Assembly: GCA_021787175.1 (NCBI GenBank)
Contig: JAJYMF010000376.1
Location: 1 to 34,573, forward strand
DNA: 34,573 nucleotides
DNA from: Pseudomonadota bacterium
Lineage (GTDB): Bacteria > Pseudomonadota > Gammaproteobacteria > Xanthomonadales > Rhodanobacteraceae
Direction of reading: 5' to 3'
Shown here: positions 18,764 to 31,071 of the stretch, piece by piece
Numbering within the stretch: position 1 is the first letter of the stretch
Layout of the letters: each line of letters starts with the position of its first letter
Notes under the pieces: model-generated
Database searches by the model: none
Told to the model about the DNA's origin: nothing
The model's input: only the letters and a program-made list of their open reading frames with translations
Program-made: the position numbers and the translations under genes

Positions 18764-20332
18764 ATGACGAGCCTCGACGCACGCCGGCGGGCGGCGGTGG
18801 CGCTGCTGCTGGTCGCGGTCGCGGGCGGCCTGCTGCGGCTGGCGCTGCGCGCCGCACCGGTGGCGCTGCCGAACGCGCCGCCCGGGCGCATCGCCTGCGT
18901 CTCCTACACGCCGTTCTACCAGCCGGGCGAAAGCCCGCTCGATCCGCATGCACGCGTCAGCGCAGCGCGCATCGAAGCCGATCTGGCGGTGCTGTCGCGG
19001 CGCTTCGACTGCGTGCGCACGTATTCGGTCGGCCAGGGCATGGACCAGGTGCCGGCGATCGCGCAGCGCAATGGCATGCAGGTGCTGCTGGGCATCTGGC
19101 TGGGCCGCGATCCGGCCGCCAATGCACGCGAGATGGCGCTGGGCATCGCCACCGCGCGCGCGCATCGCGCGGCCATACGCGCGATCGTGGTCGGCAACGA
19201 GGTGCTGTTGCGCGGCGAGCTGCCGGCATCCGCGATCGCCGCCGATCTCGACCGCGTGCGCGCCGCGACCGGCCTGCCGGTGACCTATGCCGACGTCTGG
19301 GAGTTCTGGCTGCGCCATCCGCAACTGGCCGCGCACGTCGATTTCGTGACCGTGCATATCCTGCCGTACTGGGAAGACGATCCGGTGGCGGTGGATCAGG
19401 CCGTGCAACACGTCGCCGCTGTGGTCGGGCAGGTGCGCACGGCGTTTCCCGGCAAGCCGGTGCTGATCGGCGAGACCGGCTGGCCCAGCCGCGGCCGCGC
19501 GCGCCAGGCGGCGGTGCCCAGCCTCGTCAACGAGGCGCGCTTCGTGCGCGAGTTTCTGCTCTACGCGCAGCAGGCGCATGTGCCTTACAACCTGATCGAA
19601 GCCTTCGACCAGCCGTGGAAGCGCCGGCTCGAGGGCACCGTCGGCGGCTACTGGGGGCTGTACGACGACGCGCGACAGCCGAAATTTCCGCTGCACGGCC
19701 CGGTTGCCGAAGACCCGCGGGCATGGCGCGCGCTGGTACCCTCCGCATTGCTGGCGTTGGCATTCGCGCTGCCCGCGTGGCGTCGCCGCCACCGCCATGA
19801 ACGGGCGCTGCGCGCGCTGGCCGGCTTCGGCAGCGGGCTGGCGCTGGCAGCGGCCTGGCAGCAACTCGCCGATGGCGCGCGCAGCACACTCGAATGGAGC
19901 GCGGGCATCGCCGCGCTGGCGGCGATGCTGACCACTGTCTGGATCCTGACCGCGCGCCTGGCGCGCTGGATCGGCGACGCCGACGCGGCGCCGACCGTGC
20001 CCGCCTCGACGCCCCTGCTGGCACGACTGCAGAGCGGCTGGCTGATCGCGCTGGCCTGGCTGGATCTGCTGCGGGTGTTCGATCCGCGTTACCGCGATCT
20101 GCCGCTGGCGCTGGTCGCTCCCGCCACGCTGGGCTTCGCGCTGCTGTGCATCGCCGGGCTGGCACCGGCGATCCCGCACGCCGATCGCCGCCCGCAGCTG
20201 CTTGCGCTGGGCACCGCGTTGCTGGCGACCATCATCGTGCTGCAGGAGCGCGGCCTGAATCCCGACGCCTGGACCTGGCTGGGCCTGAATCTGCTGCTGG
20301 GCTCAAACCTCTGGCGTATCCGGCGCGCCTGA
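18764..20332 (+). CDS. Membrane-anchored GH17 beta-glucan glucosyltransferase/glucanase, NdvC-like ('beta-(1,6)-glucan synthase')
   Basis: N-terminal TM, CVSYTPF, CVRTYS, acid/base VVGNEVLLR, VTYADVWEFW, HILPYWED, nucleophile IGETGWPS and IEAFDQPWK. The C-terminal multi-TM domain contains VFDPRYRDLP. Confidence 0.85.
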   Translation: MTSLDARRRAAVALLLVAVAGGLLRLALRAAPVALPNAPPGRIACVSYTPFYQPGESPLDPHARVSAARIEADLAVLSRRFDCVRTYSVGQGMDQVPAIAQRNGMQVLLGIWLGRDPAANAREMALGIATARAHRAAIRAIVVGNEVLLRGELPASAIAADLDRVRAATGLPVTYADVWEFWLRHPQLAAHVDFVTVHILPYWEDDPVAVDQAVQHVAAVVGQVRTAFPGKPVLIGETGWPSRGRARQAAVPSLVNEARFVREFLLYAQQAHVPYNLIEAFDQPWKRRLEGTVGGYWGLYDDARQPKFPLHGPVAEDPRAWRALVPSALLALAFALPAWRRRHRHERALRALAGFGSGLALAAAWQQLADGARSTLEWSAGIAALAAMLTTVWILTARLARWIGDADAAPTVPASTPLLARLQSGWLIALAWLDLLRVFDPRYRDLPLALVAPATLGFALLCIAGLAPAIPHADRRPQLLALGTALLATIIVLQERGLNPDAWTWLGLNLLLGSNLWRIRRA

Positions 20333-20689
20333 AGGCGATGGCCGTGCCAGCTCCAGCGCCCCGACCAGCAGGGCCGCGGCGCCGGCCTCGAAGCTGTAAA
20401 GCACCAACCCGACGGCGCCGGCCGTCAGTGCCAGTATGGCCGCCGAACGCCAGCGCGTGACCAGCGCCAGCGCGGCCAGCACGGCGCAGACCATCGTCAG
20501 ACCGTGACTGTGAAAGGCGGCGACCGTCGCCGCGCGCAAGGCGCAACGCAGCCCCGGAGCGCCGGCCGCACAGGCCTGCGCCAATGCCGCCGGCTCCACC
20601 AGCCGGTAGCGCAGCCAGGCGGCGATCAAGCCCGCCGCGAGCGCGGCCAGCCACGGCCAAGTCGGATGAAGGGCGCGCAGGCGCGGCAT
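20303..20689 (-). CDS. Small hypothetical membrane protein (128 aa)
   Basis: Hydrophobic ORF with LRYRLVEP...C...C loop. It fills the gap between the GH17 gene and the TBDR promoter and overlaps the GH17 3' end by 30 nt. Confidence 0.65.
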   Translation of the reverse strand: MPRLRALHPTWPWLAALAAGLIAAWLRYRLVEPAALAQACAAGAPGLRCALRAATVAAFHSHGLTMVCAVLAALALVTRWRSAAILALTAGAVGLVLYSFEAGAAALLVGALELARPSPSGAPDTPEV

Positions 20690-20752
20690 GGGAGGGCGAC
20701 CGGAAACGGGCCTGCAGGATGCCGCGCAGCCTCCGCAGCGTCTACGTCTGCG

Positions 20753-20825
20753 CAAGAATGATTGCGGTACCGATGTGAATTCGTCATCCAGATGTAGTGA
20801 TTTATAAACAAAAGCTTTACATTCG
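20753..20825. promoter_or_regulatory. AT-rich divergent promoter region for the TonB-dependent receptor and the small membrane protein
   Basis: The most conspicuously AT-rich patch in the window. Possible -10 TACATT (20818-20823), with short palindromes CGGTACCG, GATG.GAATTC..CATC and TTTATAAA. Confidence 0.55.
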
Positions 20826-20872
20826 GCGTGCCCCGACACCCGGGGCTTCGCCACCCAGCCAGGGGACCCCCC

Positions 20873-23737
20873 ATGCGTACACCCTTTCGTCGACAGCATT
20901 TGTTCCTCGCCATCGCCGCCTGCCTCGCGCCGGCGATGCTGCATGCCCAGGATGCGGCGCAGCCCTCCTCCACCCAGGATGCCAAGAAAGCCACGCGGCT
21001 CGAAGCGGTCGAGGTCACCGGCTCGCGCATCCGCGGCGCCGATATCGCCACGCAGACGCCGGTGATCACGATCACCGCCAAGGACATCCAGCAGGCCGGC
21101 CTGACCAGCATCGGCGACGTGCTGCAGCAGCTGACCGCGTCGGGCTCGGGCTTGAACACCAAGTTCAACTCCGCCGGCAACTTCGGCTTCCCGCCGGACG
21201 GCAGCGGCGTCGGCTCCGGCTCGGCCACGCTCGACCTGCGCAATCTCGGCGCCAAGCGCGTGCTGATCCTGGTCGACGGCCTGCGCTGGGTGAACGAGTC
21301 GTCCGCGTCCGGCGTGTCGGCTGCCGTCGACCTCAACACCATCCCGGTCAGCATCATCGACCGCATCGAGATCCTGCAGGACGGCGCCTCGGCGCTGTAC
21401 GGCTCGGACGCGATCGCCGGCGTGGTCAACATCATCACCAAGCGCAGCCAGGACGGCGCGGCGGTCAACTACTACGCCGGCGACTACAGCGGTCTGCGCG
21501 GCGGCTTCACCAATACCGGCGACGCCTCGCTGGGCGGCAAGGGCGACAAGTACGAGTTCTACGTCGACTTCAGCCACACCCAGCAGGATGCGATCAGCTC
21601 CAGCGCGTGGAATCAGGCGGGCGGCGCCTGCGTGCCGGGCACCGGGCTGGCCAACTGCAGTTCGGCGACGCCGACCGGGCGATTCATCTTCGTCGATCCG
21701 CAAAACAACGTGCAGGACGTCACCCTCAACGGCGCTTTCCCCAACGGCGCGACCTATCCGGGCGACTTCCACAATTTCAGTCGCGCCGACCGCTTCAACT
21801 ACGCACCCTACAATCTGCTGCTGACGCCGAGCACGCGCAACGCGGTGTTCGCCTCGACGCATTACCAGGTCACGGACAACATCACCTGGTACATGCGCGG
21901 CCTGTACAACCAGCGAAAGTCGGTCAACCAGGCCGCGCCGGAGCCGATCTTCCTCGGCCCGGGCGCCGGCACCGGCGGGCTGGCCGACACCGTCGGCGTC
22001 GACGTCACCAATCCGTACAACCCGTTCGGCTACACGCTCAACCCGGATCCGAACACCGGCAACCTGATCCTGATCGGCCGCCGCCCGCTCGAGGGTGGCC
22101 CGCGCATCTTCAGCCAGACCGTCAACACCTGGGAGTTCGCCACCGGCCTCACCGGCAGCTTCAATCTCGGCGAGCGCGACTACTACTGGGACGTCAACTA
22201 CTCGCGCGGCAGCAACAGCGCGACGCAGACCGTGCAGGGCACCTACAACGTCGCCCACATCCAGCGTGCGCTGGGCCCGGTCAGCCAGTGCACCGGCAGC
22301 TGCGTGCCGCTGAACCTGTTCGGCGGCCCCGGCACGATCACGCCGGCGATGCTGGCCTACATCGGCTACATCGAGCACGACACCAGCGAGCAGAACATCG
22401 AGCTCTACACGGCCAACCTCAACGGCGCGCTGTTCACCCTGCCCGCCGGCGAGCTGAAGTTCGCCACCGGCTATGAGCACCGCAAGTACGACGGCTACTA
22501 CCAGCCGGACGCGGTCGTGGTTGCGGGCGAATCCAACGGCGTGCCCTCGCTGCCGACCTCGGGCCAGTACTCGGTCAACGAGTACTACCTGGAGCTGAAT
22601 GCGCCGCTGCTTAAGGATCTACCGGGCGTCAAGGCGCTGGATTTCGACGCCGCCACGCGCTACTCGAAGTATTCGACCTTCGGTGGCACCACCAACAGCA
22701 AGTTCGGTCTGCGCTGGCAGGTGCTGGACGACCTGACCCTGCGCAGCACCTGGGCGCAGGGCTTCCGCGCGCCCTCGATCGGCGAGCTGTTCGGCTCGCC
22801 GGCGCGTTTCGACGCGGTGTTGCAGGATCCCTGCTCGGCGCCGATCGCCAGTGCGCAGACCGCGGCCAACTGCGCCGCGCTGGGCGTGCCGGCCACATAC
22901 ACCCAGCCCAATCCGCAGATCTCGGTGACCACCGGCGGCAACCGCAACCTGCAGCCCGAGACCGCGCGCAGCCTGACCTGGGGTGCGGTGTACAGCCCGC
23001 GCTGGGCTGAAGGCCTGGCCTGGTCGGACAAGCTCGACCTGACGTTCAACTACTACCGCATCACCATCCGCAACGCGATCCAGGCGCTGGACGCGCAGAC
23101 CCAGCTCAACAACTGCGTGGCCAGCGCCAGCCCGAGCTCGGTCTACTGCCAGGGCATCTCGCGCAACGCCACCGGCAACATCAACGGCTTCAGCAACACC
23201 CTGCGCAACATCGGCCGGGTCGACACCGACGGCTTCGACTTCGGCGTCAACTGGAAGCTGCCGGAGACCGCCATCGGTCGCTTCAGCAACGCCTTCATGG
23301 CCACCTACGTCAACCGCTACCAGATCCAGAACACGCCGGGGCAATACGACCCGCGCACGGTCGGCGTCGAGGTCACCGACAGCGGCATTCCGCGCGTGTC
23401 GGCGGTCAACGACCTGACCTGGGCGATGGGCGCGTGGTCGGCGGACTGGCGCATGCGCTACTTCAGCGGCCTGACCGAGGACTGCGCCGGCGCCACCGGC
23501 TTTCCGATCTGCAACGGCCCCAACAACACCCACTACCTGGGTGCGGTGACCTACCACGACGTGCGCGCCAGCTGGCGCGTGCCGGTGGCGATGAACCTGG
23601 TGCTGTCGGCCGGCATCAACAACCTGTTCGCCAAGGATCCGCCGGTGTGCCTGTCGTGCTCGCTGAACGGCTACGACGCGTCCACCTACGATCTGCCGGG
23701 TCGTTATACCTACCTGCAGGCCAGCCTGAAGTTCTGA
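20873..23737 (+). CDS. TonB-dependent receptor
   Basis: Signal peptide, TonB box [11 protein letters not shown], plug [15 protein letters not shown]...[51 protein letters not shown] and C-terminal F. Confidence 0.96.
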   Translation: MRTPFRRQHLFLAIAACLAPAMLHAQDAAQPSSTQDAKKATRLEAVEVTGSRIRGADIATQTPVITITAKDIQQAGLTSIGDVLQQLTASGSGLNTKFNSAGNFGFPPDGSGVGSGSATLDLRNLGAKRVLILVDGLRWVNESSASGVSAAVDLNTIPVSIIDRIEILQDGASALYGSDAIAGVVNIITKRSQDGAAVNYYAGDYSGLRGGFTNTGDASLGGKGDKYEFYVDFSHTQQDAISSSAWNQAGGACVPGTGLANCSSATPTGRFIFVDPQNNVQDVTLNGAFPNGATYPGDFHNFSRADRFNYAPYNLLLTPSTRNAVFASTHYQVTDNITWYMRGLYNQRKSVNQAAPEPIFLGPGAGTGGLADTVGVDVTNPYNPFGYTLNPDPNTGNLILIGRRPLEGGPRIFSQTVNTWEFATGLTGSFNLGERDYYWDVNYSRGSNSATQTVQGTYNVAHIQRALGPVSQCTGSCVPLNLFGGPGTITPAMLAYIGYIEHDTSEQNIELYTANLNGALFTLPAGELKFATGYEHRKYDGYYQPDAVVVAGESNGVPSLPTSGQYSVNEYYLELNAPLLKDLPGVKALDFDAATRYSKYSTFGGTTNSKFGLRWQVLDDLTLRSTWAQGFRAPSIGELFGSPARFDAVLQDPCSAPIASAQTAANCAALGVPATYTQPNPQISVTTGGNRNLQPETARSLTWGAVYSPRWAEGLAWSDKLDLTFNYYRITIRNAIQALDAQTQLNNCVASASPSSVYCQGISRNATGNINGFSNTLRNIGRVDTDGFDFGVNWKLPETAIGRFSNAFMATYVNRYQIQNTPGQYDPRTVGVEVTDSGIPRVSAVNDLTWAMGAWSADWRMRYFSGLTEDCAGATGFPICNGPNNTHYLGAVTYHDVRASWRVPVAMNLVLSAGINNLFAKDPPVCLSCSLNGYDASTYDLPGRYTYLQASLKF

Positions 23738-23786
23738 TCGGGCGGCCGTCGCGGCCCCTGCCGCGACGGTCCTGTGGGCACCACCC

Positions 23787-23815
23787 AAGGCCGCTCCGCA
23801 AGGGGCGGCCTTTTT
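23787..23815 (+). terminator. Intrinsic terminator of the TBDR
   Basis: aaggccgctcc-GCAA-ggggcggcc stem-loop followed by TTTTT. Confidence 0.85.
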
Positions 23816-23872
23816 CATGCCGGCGCGATCGCGGACCGGACGGTCCGCGGCATGGTCAACGCAAACGGCGGA

Positions 23873-26899
<3,027 letters not shown>

Positions 26900-27015
26900 G
26901 GTCCACTCCCGGCGTTGGTTGCAACGCCAAACCTTGGGAGCTTAGCACCGGCCTGCGCGGTCGGCGGCGCCACGCGCAGCGGCAGTTCAACCGGATACGG
27001 CGTGATGCGGCGGGC

Positions 27016-28041
27016 TCAGAAACCGCCGAACAGGCCTTTCGGATATTCCGGCTTCTGCTCGCGCGCCAGCAGGGCGCGCAGCCCTTCCGCAGGCGTGATC
27101 TCGCCGTGCAGCACGGCGCGCACGCCGAAGCTGATCGGCAGATCGAGGCCGTGGCGCTCGGCCAGGCGGGCCACTTCGTCGGCGGTGACCACGCTTTCCA
27201 CGACCTGGCCGATCTCGGCCACCGCCTGCGCCAGGGGCACGCCGCGGCCGAGCGCGATCCCCAGCCGGCGATTGCGCGACAGATCGCCGGTGCAGGTCAG
27301 CACCAGGTCGCCGAGACCGGCCAGCCCCATCAGGGTTTCGGCGCGCGCACCCAGCGCGACACCGAGGCGCAGCATCTCGTTCATGCCGCGCGTGATCAGG
27401 CCGGCACGGGCGTTGAGGCCGAGCTGCATACCGTCGGCGACGCCGGTGGCGACCGCGAGCACGTTTTTCATCGCACCGCCCAGCTCGGCACCCAGCACGT
27501 CGCTGCCGGTATAAGCACGGAAGGTGGGCGCATGCAGCAGTTCGGCCAGCTGCTGCGCGAAGGCGGCATCGTGCGCATGCACGGTGACCGCGGTCGGCAG
27601 GCCGGCGGCGACTTCGCGCGCGAACGACGGCCCGGTCACCACGGCGGCCGGACGCCCCGGACAGCGCAGCGCGACCAGTTCATGCAGAAAGCGCCCGCTG
27701 CCGGGCTCGAATCCCTTGGTCGCCCATGCCAGCCCGGCGCCGGCATCGAGATGGGGCGCCACAGCGTCCAGCGTTTGCGCGAACGCGTGGCTGGGCACCA
27801 CCAGCAGCGCCACGGCGGCGCCTGTCAGTGCAACATCCAGTACCGGCGCACATACCAATGTCGCCGGCAATTCGAGGTCGGGCAGATAGCGTGCGTTGCG
27901 GCGGCTGGCGGCGATCGCCGCCAGTGCCTGCGGATCGCGCCCCCACAGCCGCGTGGGGACGCCGTTGCGCGCGAGCAATGCGGCAAGCGCCGTGCCCCAG
28001 GATCCGGCGCCCAGTACCGCGACCGGCGGTCGCGTGTTCAT
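27016..28041 (-). CDS. gpsA: NAD(P)H-dependent glycerol-3-phosphate dehydrogenase
   Basis: [33 protein letters not shown] and [21 protein letters not shown]. Directly follows secB. Confidence 0.97.
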   Translation of the reverse strand: MNTRPPVAVLGAGSWGTALAALLARNGVPTRLWGRDPQALAAIAASRRNARYLPDLELPATLVCAPVLDVALTGAAVALLVVPSHAFAQTLDAVAPHLDAGAGLAWATKGFEPGSGRFLHELVALRCPGRPAAVVTGPSFAREVAAGLPTAVTVHAHDAAFAQQLAELLHAPTFRAYTGSDVLGAELGGAMKNVLAVATGVADGMQLGLNARAGLITRGMNEMLRLGVALGARAETLMGLAGLGDLVLTCTGDLSRNRRLGIALGRGVPLAQAVAEIGQVVESVVTADEVARLAERHGLDLPISFGVRAVLHGEITPAEGLRALLAREQKPEYPKGLFGGF

Positions 28042-28045
28042 CGAC

Positions 28046-28534
28046 TCAGGCGTGGGCGGCCGGCGCTTCGGGCAACCCGCGGCGACGCTGCTCGGCGTAG
28101 AGCGCGTCGAAATTGATCGGCTGCAGCAGGAACGGAGGGAAGCCGCCGTTCTGCACCAGATCGGAAATCGCCTGGCGCGCGTAGGGGAACAGCACGTTCG
28201 GGCAGTAGCTGCCGAGGATGGCGTCGCGGTCGGCCTCGGCGAAGCCGGCGACGCCGAAGATGCCGGCCTGATGCACTTCGGCCAGATACACGCTGCGCTC
28301 TTCCAGCGTGCAGGTCAGGGTCAGGGTCAGCACCACCTCGTAGGTGTCGCTGCCGATCTCGCCGGCCTTCTGGCTCAGATTCAGCTGCACCTGCGGCTGC
28401 GCCTGGGCGGTGCCCATGTCCTGGAATACCTGCGGCGCGTTGGGCGCCTCGAACGAAACGTCCTTGGTGTAGATCTTCTGCAGCGACAGCTGCGGCTGCT
28501 CGGCCTGGCCGTTGGCGGCGATCGACTCTGCCAT
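28046..28534 (-). CDS. secB: Protein-export chaperone SecB
   Basis: [34 protein letters not shown] and [26 protein letters not shown]. Confidence 0.97.
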   Translation of the reverse strand: MAESIAANGQAEQPQLSLQKIYTKDVSFEAPNAPQVFQDMGTAQAQPQVQLNLSQKAGEIGSDTYEVVLTLTLTCTLEERSVYLAEVHQAGIFGVAGFAEADRDAILGSYCPNVLFPYARQAISDLVQNGGFPPFLLQPINFDALYAEQRRRGLPEAPAAHA

Positions 28535-28625
28535 GATTGCGTGCTCCCCTCGCGGGCTGCGGGATGTCAAAGAAGCGGAATTGTCCCACAGCGCCGCCGC
28601 CGCTGCATCCCATCGAGCCGGCGCG

Positions 28626-28655
28626 TTGCGCCGCGGGCCGCCGCTGCGCTAATCT
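28626..28655 (+). promoter_or_regulatory. Putative sigma70 promoter for rpmB-rpmG
   Basis: TTGCGC-N18-TAATCT about 175 nt upstream of the rpmB ATG. Confidence 0.5.
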
Positions 28656-28830
28656 ATGCGACTTTGCTGATCGCCGGCCCGCGCTGCGGGCGGTGTCCGC
28701 GGCGCGGTGCGGACCCCCAACGGCAAGCCACCAGCACCGCGCGACCCGGCAGGACGATCGTCCTGCCGCGGTCCTGGGCCGACGCCGTCCTGGCCAAGGG
28801 GCGGCCCATCATGAATTCGGAGGTCCTCCC

Positions 28831-29067
28831 ATGGCCCGAGTCTGTCAAGTCACCGGAAAAGGCGTGCAGGTCGGCAACAATGTCTCGCACGCCAACAACA
28901 AGACGCGCCGTCGCTGGCTGCCCAACCTCCACGAACGCCGCTTCTGGGTGCCGAGCGAGAACCGCTGGGTGCGCCTGCGCGTGTCCAGCCATGCGCTGCG
29001 CACGATCGACAAGAAGGGCATCGAAGCCGTGATCGCCGAGCTGCGCGCCCGCGGCGAAAAGGTCTGA
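28831..29067 (+). CDS. rpmB: 50S ribosomal protein L28
   Basis: [11 protein letters not shown]...[19 protein letters not shown]...LRTIDKKG, 78 aa. GGAGG RBS. Confidence 0.98.
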   Translation: MARVCQVTGKGVQVGNNVSHANNKTRRRWLPNLHERRFWVPSENRWVRLRVSSHALRTIDKKGIEAVIAELRARGEKV

Positions 29068-29080
29068 GGAGGATCACACC

Positions 29081-29245
29081 ATGGCATCCAAGCGCGACAA
29101 GATTCGTCTGACCTCGTCGGCCGGCACCGGCCACTTCTACACCACCGACAAGAACAAGAAGAACACGCCGGACAAGATGGAGGTCAAGAAATACGACCCC
29201 GTCGTCCGCAAGCACGTGATCTACAAAGAAGGCAAGATCAAGTGA
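29081..29245 (+). CDS. rpmG: 50S ribosomal protein L33 (not in the supplied ORF track)
   Basis: Manual translation gives [64 protein letters not shown], directly after rpmB. Confidence 0.98.
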   Translation: MASKRDKIRLTSSAGTGHFYTTDKNKKNTPDKMEVKKYDPVVRKHVIYKEGKIK

Positions 29246-29250
29246 CCGTT

Positions 29251-29606
29251 GCGCAGCAACGGTCATCCCGAGCACGGCGAGGGATCTGATTCGGACTGGC
29301 GCAGCAACGGTGCATCCCGAGCACGGCGAAGGATCTGATCGGACTGGCGCAGCAGGGGTCATCCCGAGCGCAACGAGGGATCTGACTCACGCCGAACGCG
29401 ATCAGCATTCGCGAAGCTGTCGTCAGCCAGATCCTTCGGCCTGCGGCCTCAGGACGACACGTCAAGGTGTCGTCCCGAGCATAGCGAGGGGTGAGTGGGC
29501 GCCTTCGCGCCCACGAACGCCGCGCCAGGGATGGTGTGGCCGGAGCGCGACGCATGGAGGCCTGGTGCCGATGGCCAGATCCTTCGGCCTTCGACCGCAA
29601 CGACAC
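29251..29606. repeat. Composite cluster of GTCATCCCGAG...GGATCTG palindromic repeats (CGTC/GTC-type REP-like)
   Basis: Direct units start at 29251, 29299 and 29347 (48-bp period). Inverted partners cagatccttcggcct... start at 29428 and 29576, and a fourth left arm starts at 29469. Confidence 0.8.
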
Positions 29607-29608
29607 GA

Positions 29609-29640
29609 AAACCCGCCTGCATGGCGGGTTTCTCTTTCTT
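29609..29640 (+). terminator. Intrinsic terminator downstream of rpmB-rpmG and the repeat cluster
   Basis: aaacccgcc-tgcat-ggcgggttt stem followed by ctctttctt. Confidence 0.7.
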
Positions 29641-29705
29641 GCGTCACGGCAGGCGCGACAAGCGTCAGCAGGCGCCACACCCGGACAACCTGAAAGGAGC
29701 GGCCT

Positions 29706-29739
29706 GAAACGCCGAAGCCCGCCGGATGGCGGGCTTCGG
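29706..29739 (-). terminator. Probable terminator hairpin of desA
   Basis: 12-bp perfect stem ccgaagcccgcc/ggcgggcttcgg (29712-29739), about 30 nt past the desA stop, with only a short T run. Confidence 0.55.
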
Positions 29740-29771
29740 GAGTCGCGAACGCGATTGCGCCGTGCCGATGA

Positions 29772-30971
29772 TCAGTGCGCGTGCGCGCCGACGGCATAGC
29801 CCTTGATGCGCGCGGCATAGGCCTGCAGGACGCGGATGCCGCTCTGCTCGGCCTCGCGCACCCACTGCTGCAGGCCGCTCAGCGCGGACTCGGGGCCTCG
29901 CTGCTCCATCAGCGCCGCCAGGCGGGCGCGAAACTCGCACACGGTCTGCAGCGTCGGCCGCTTCTCGACCAGCGCCGCCAGACGCTCGCGGCCTTCGCCG
30001 TCGAGCCAGCGTCCGCCGTCGGCCAGCGCGCGCCGCAGCCGCGCCGGCACCGCCTTGATGTTGTCGCCGGCATGGACCGCCTCCTCGCGCAGGGTCGGCA
30101 GGATCACCGCGCGGTAGTAGTCGGTCATCGCGTGGAAGCGGTGGGTCAGCAGCGCCCTTAGCGTCTCGGTATCGGGCAGGCCCACGTTGGGGCGCTGGTC
30201 GAGGCTGGGCGCGACGCGCAGCACCCTGGCCACATGCAGGCGCTCGAGACCGCGGATCACCGCCCAGCCCAGATCGAACTCGAACCTGCGCAGCGCGAAC
30301 TTGGCCGAGCTGGGAAAGGCATGGTGATTGTTGTGCAGCTCCTCGCCGCCGATCCAAAGGCCCCACGGCGTGAGGTTGGTCGAGGTATCGCTGGATTCGA
30401 AATTGCGATAGCCCCACCAGTGGCCGAGACCGTTGACGATGCCCGCGGCCCAGAACGGGATCCACGCCATCTGGATCGCCCACACCGCCATGCCGCCGAT
30501 GCCGAACAGGGCAATGCTGATCAGCGCCATCAGCGTCGGCCCCAGCTCGGGATAGCGGCTGTAGAGGTGGCGCTCGATCCAGTCGTCGGGGGTGCCGCGG
30601 CCGTATTTCTCGATCGACGCGCTGTCGCGCGATGCAGTGCGGTAGAGTTCGACGCCCTGCCAGAACACCTTGCGGATGCCGTACACCATCGGACTGTGCG
30701 GGTCCTCTTCGGTCTCGCACTTGGCGTGGTGCTTGCGGTGGATCGCCACCCATTGCTTGGTGACCATCGACGTGGTCAGCCAGCTCCAGAAGCGGAAGAA
30801 ATGCGCGATCGCGGGATGGAAGTCGACGCCGCGATGCGCCTGGCTGCGGTGCAGATACAGCGTGACCGCGAGAATGGTCAGCTGGGTGACCACCAGCAGA
30901 TAGATCGCGATCGCGCCGAGGCCGGCGCCGGTGAGCCCGTGCGCGGCAAACGTGAGCAGGGAATCGAGCAT
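29772..30971 (-). CDS. desA: Delta-9 acyl-CoA fatty acid desaturase (DesA family)
   Basis: Three His boxes (LHRSQAH, HRKHH, HNNHH), plus DPHSP and NGLGHWWGYRNF. ATG at 30971. Confidence 0.92.
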   Translation of the reverse strand: MLDSLLTFAAHGLTGAGLGAIAIYLLVVTQLTILAVTLYLHRSQAHRGVDFHPAIAHFFRFWSWLTTSMVTKQWVAIHRKHHAKCETEEDPHSPMVYGIRKVFWQGVELYRTASRDSASIEKYGRGTPDDWIERHLYSRYPELGPTLMALISIALFGIGGMAVWAIQMAWIPFWAAGIVNGLGHWWGYRNFESSDTSTNLTPWGLWIGGEELHNNHHAFPSSAKFALRRFEFDLGWAVIRGLERLHVARVLRVAPSLDQRPNVGLPDTETLRALLTHRFHAMTDYYRAVILPTLREEAVHAGDNIKAVPARLRRALADGGRWLDGEGRERLAALVEKRPTLQTVCEFRARLAALMEQRGPESALSGLQQWVREAEQSGIRVLQAYAARIKGYAVGAHAH

Positions 30972-31071
30972 CGGAAGACAGCGTGAGAAAGACCGCTCCA
31001 GTCTAGTCCCCGCCTGCCGTACCCGCCAGCACGGTTGCGGTGCGCGGCAACGAACCGTGACAATCGTCGCC

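Noticed and set aside
20753-20790. Fur box or Clp/CRP site upstream of the TBDR
   Set aside because: Only a half match to Fur (AATGAT). TGTGA is followed by TCATC at 5-nt rather than 6-nt spacing, too weak to name a regulator.
28831-29245. Zinc-free (C-minus) L28/L33 as a possible Zur-regulated paralogue pair
   Set aside because: Lack of CxxC is normal for the primary gammaproteobacterial L28 and L33, and no Zur-like box was seen.
29251-29390. CRISPR-like periodicity of three 48-bp units
   Set aside because: The would-be spacers are themselves near-identical (ttcggactg / tcggactg), the repeats are degenerate and have inverted partners, and there are no cas genes. This is a REP-like tandem, not a CRISPR array.
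29238-29818. Short ORFs across the rpmG-desA intergenic region
   Set aside because: They are translations of the repeat array and terminators in several frames, with no RBS, motif or codon bias.
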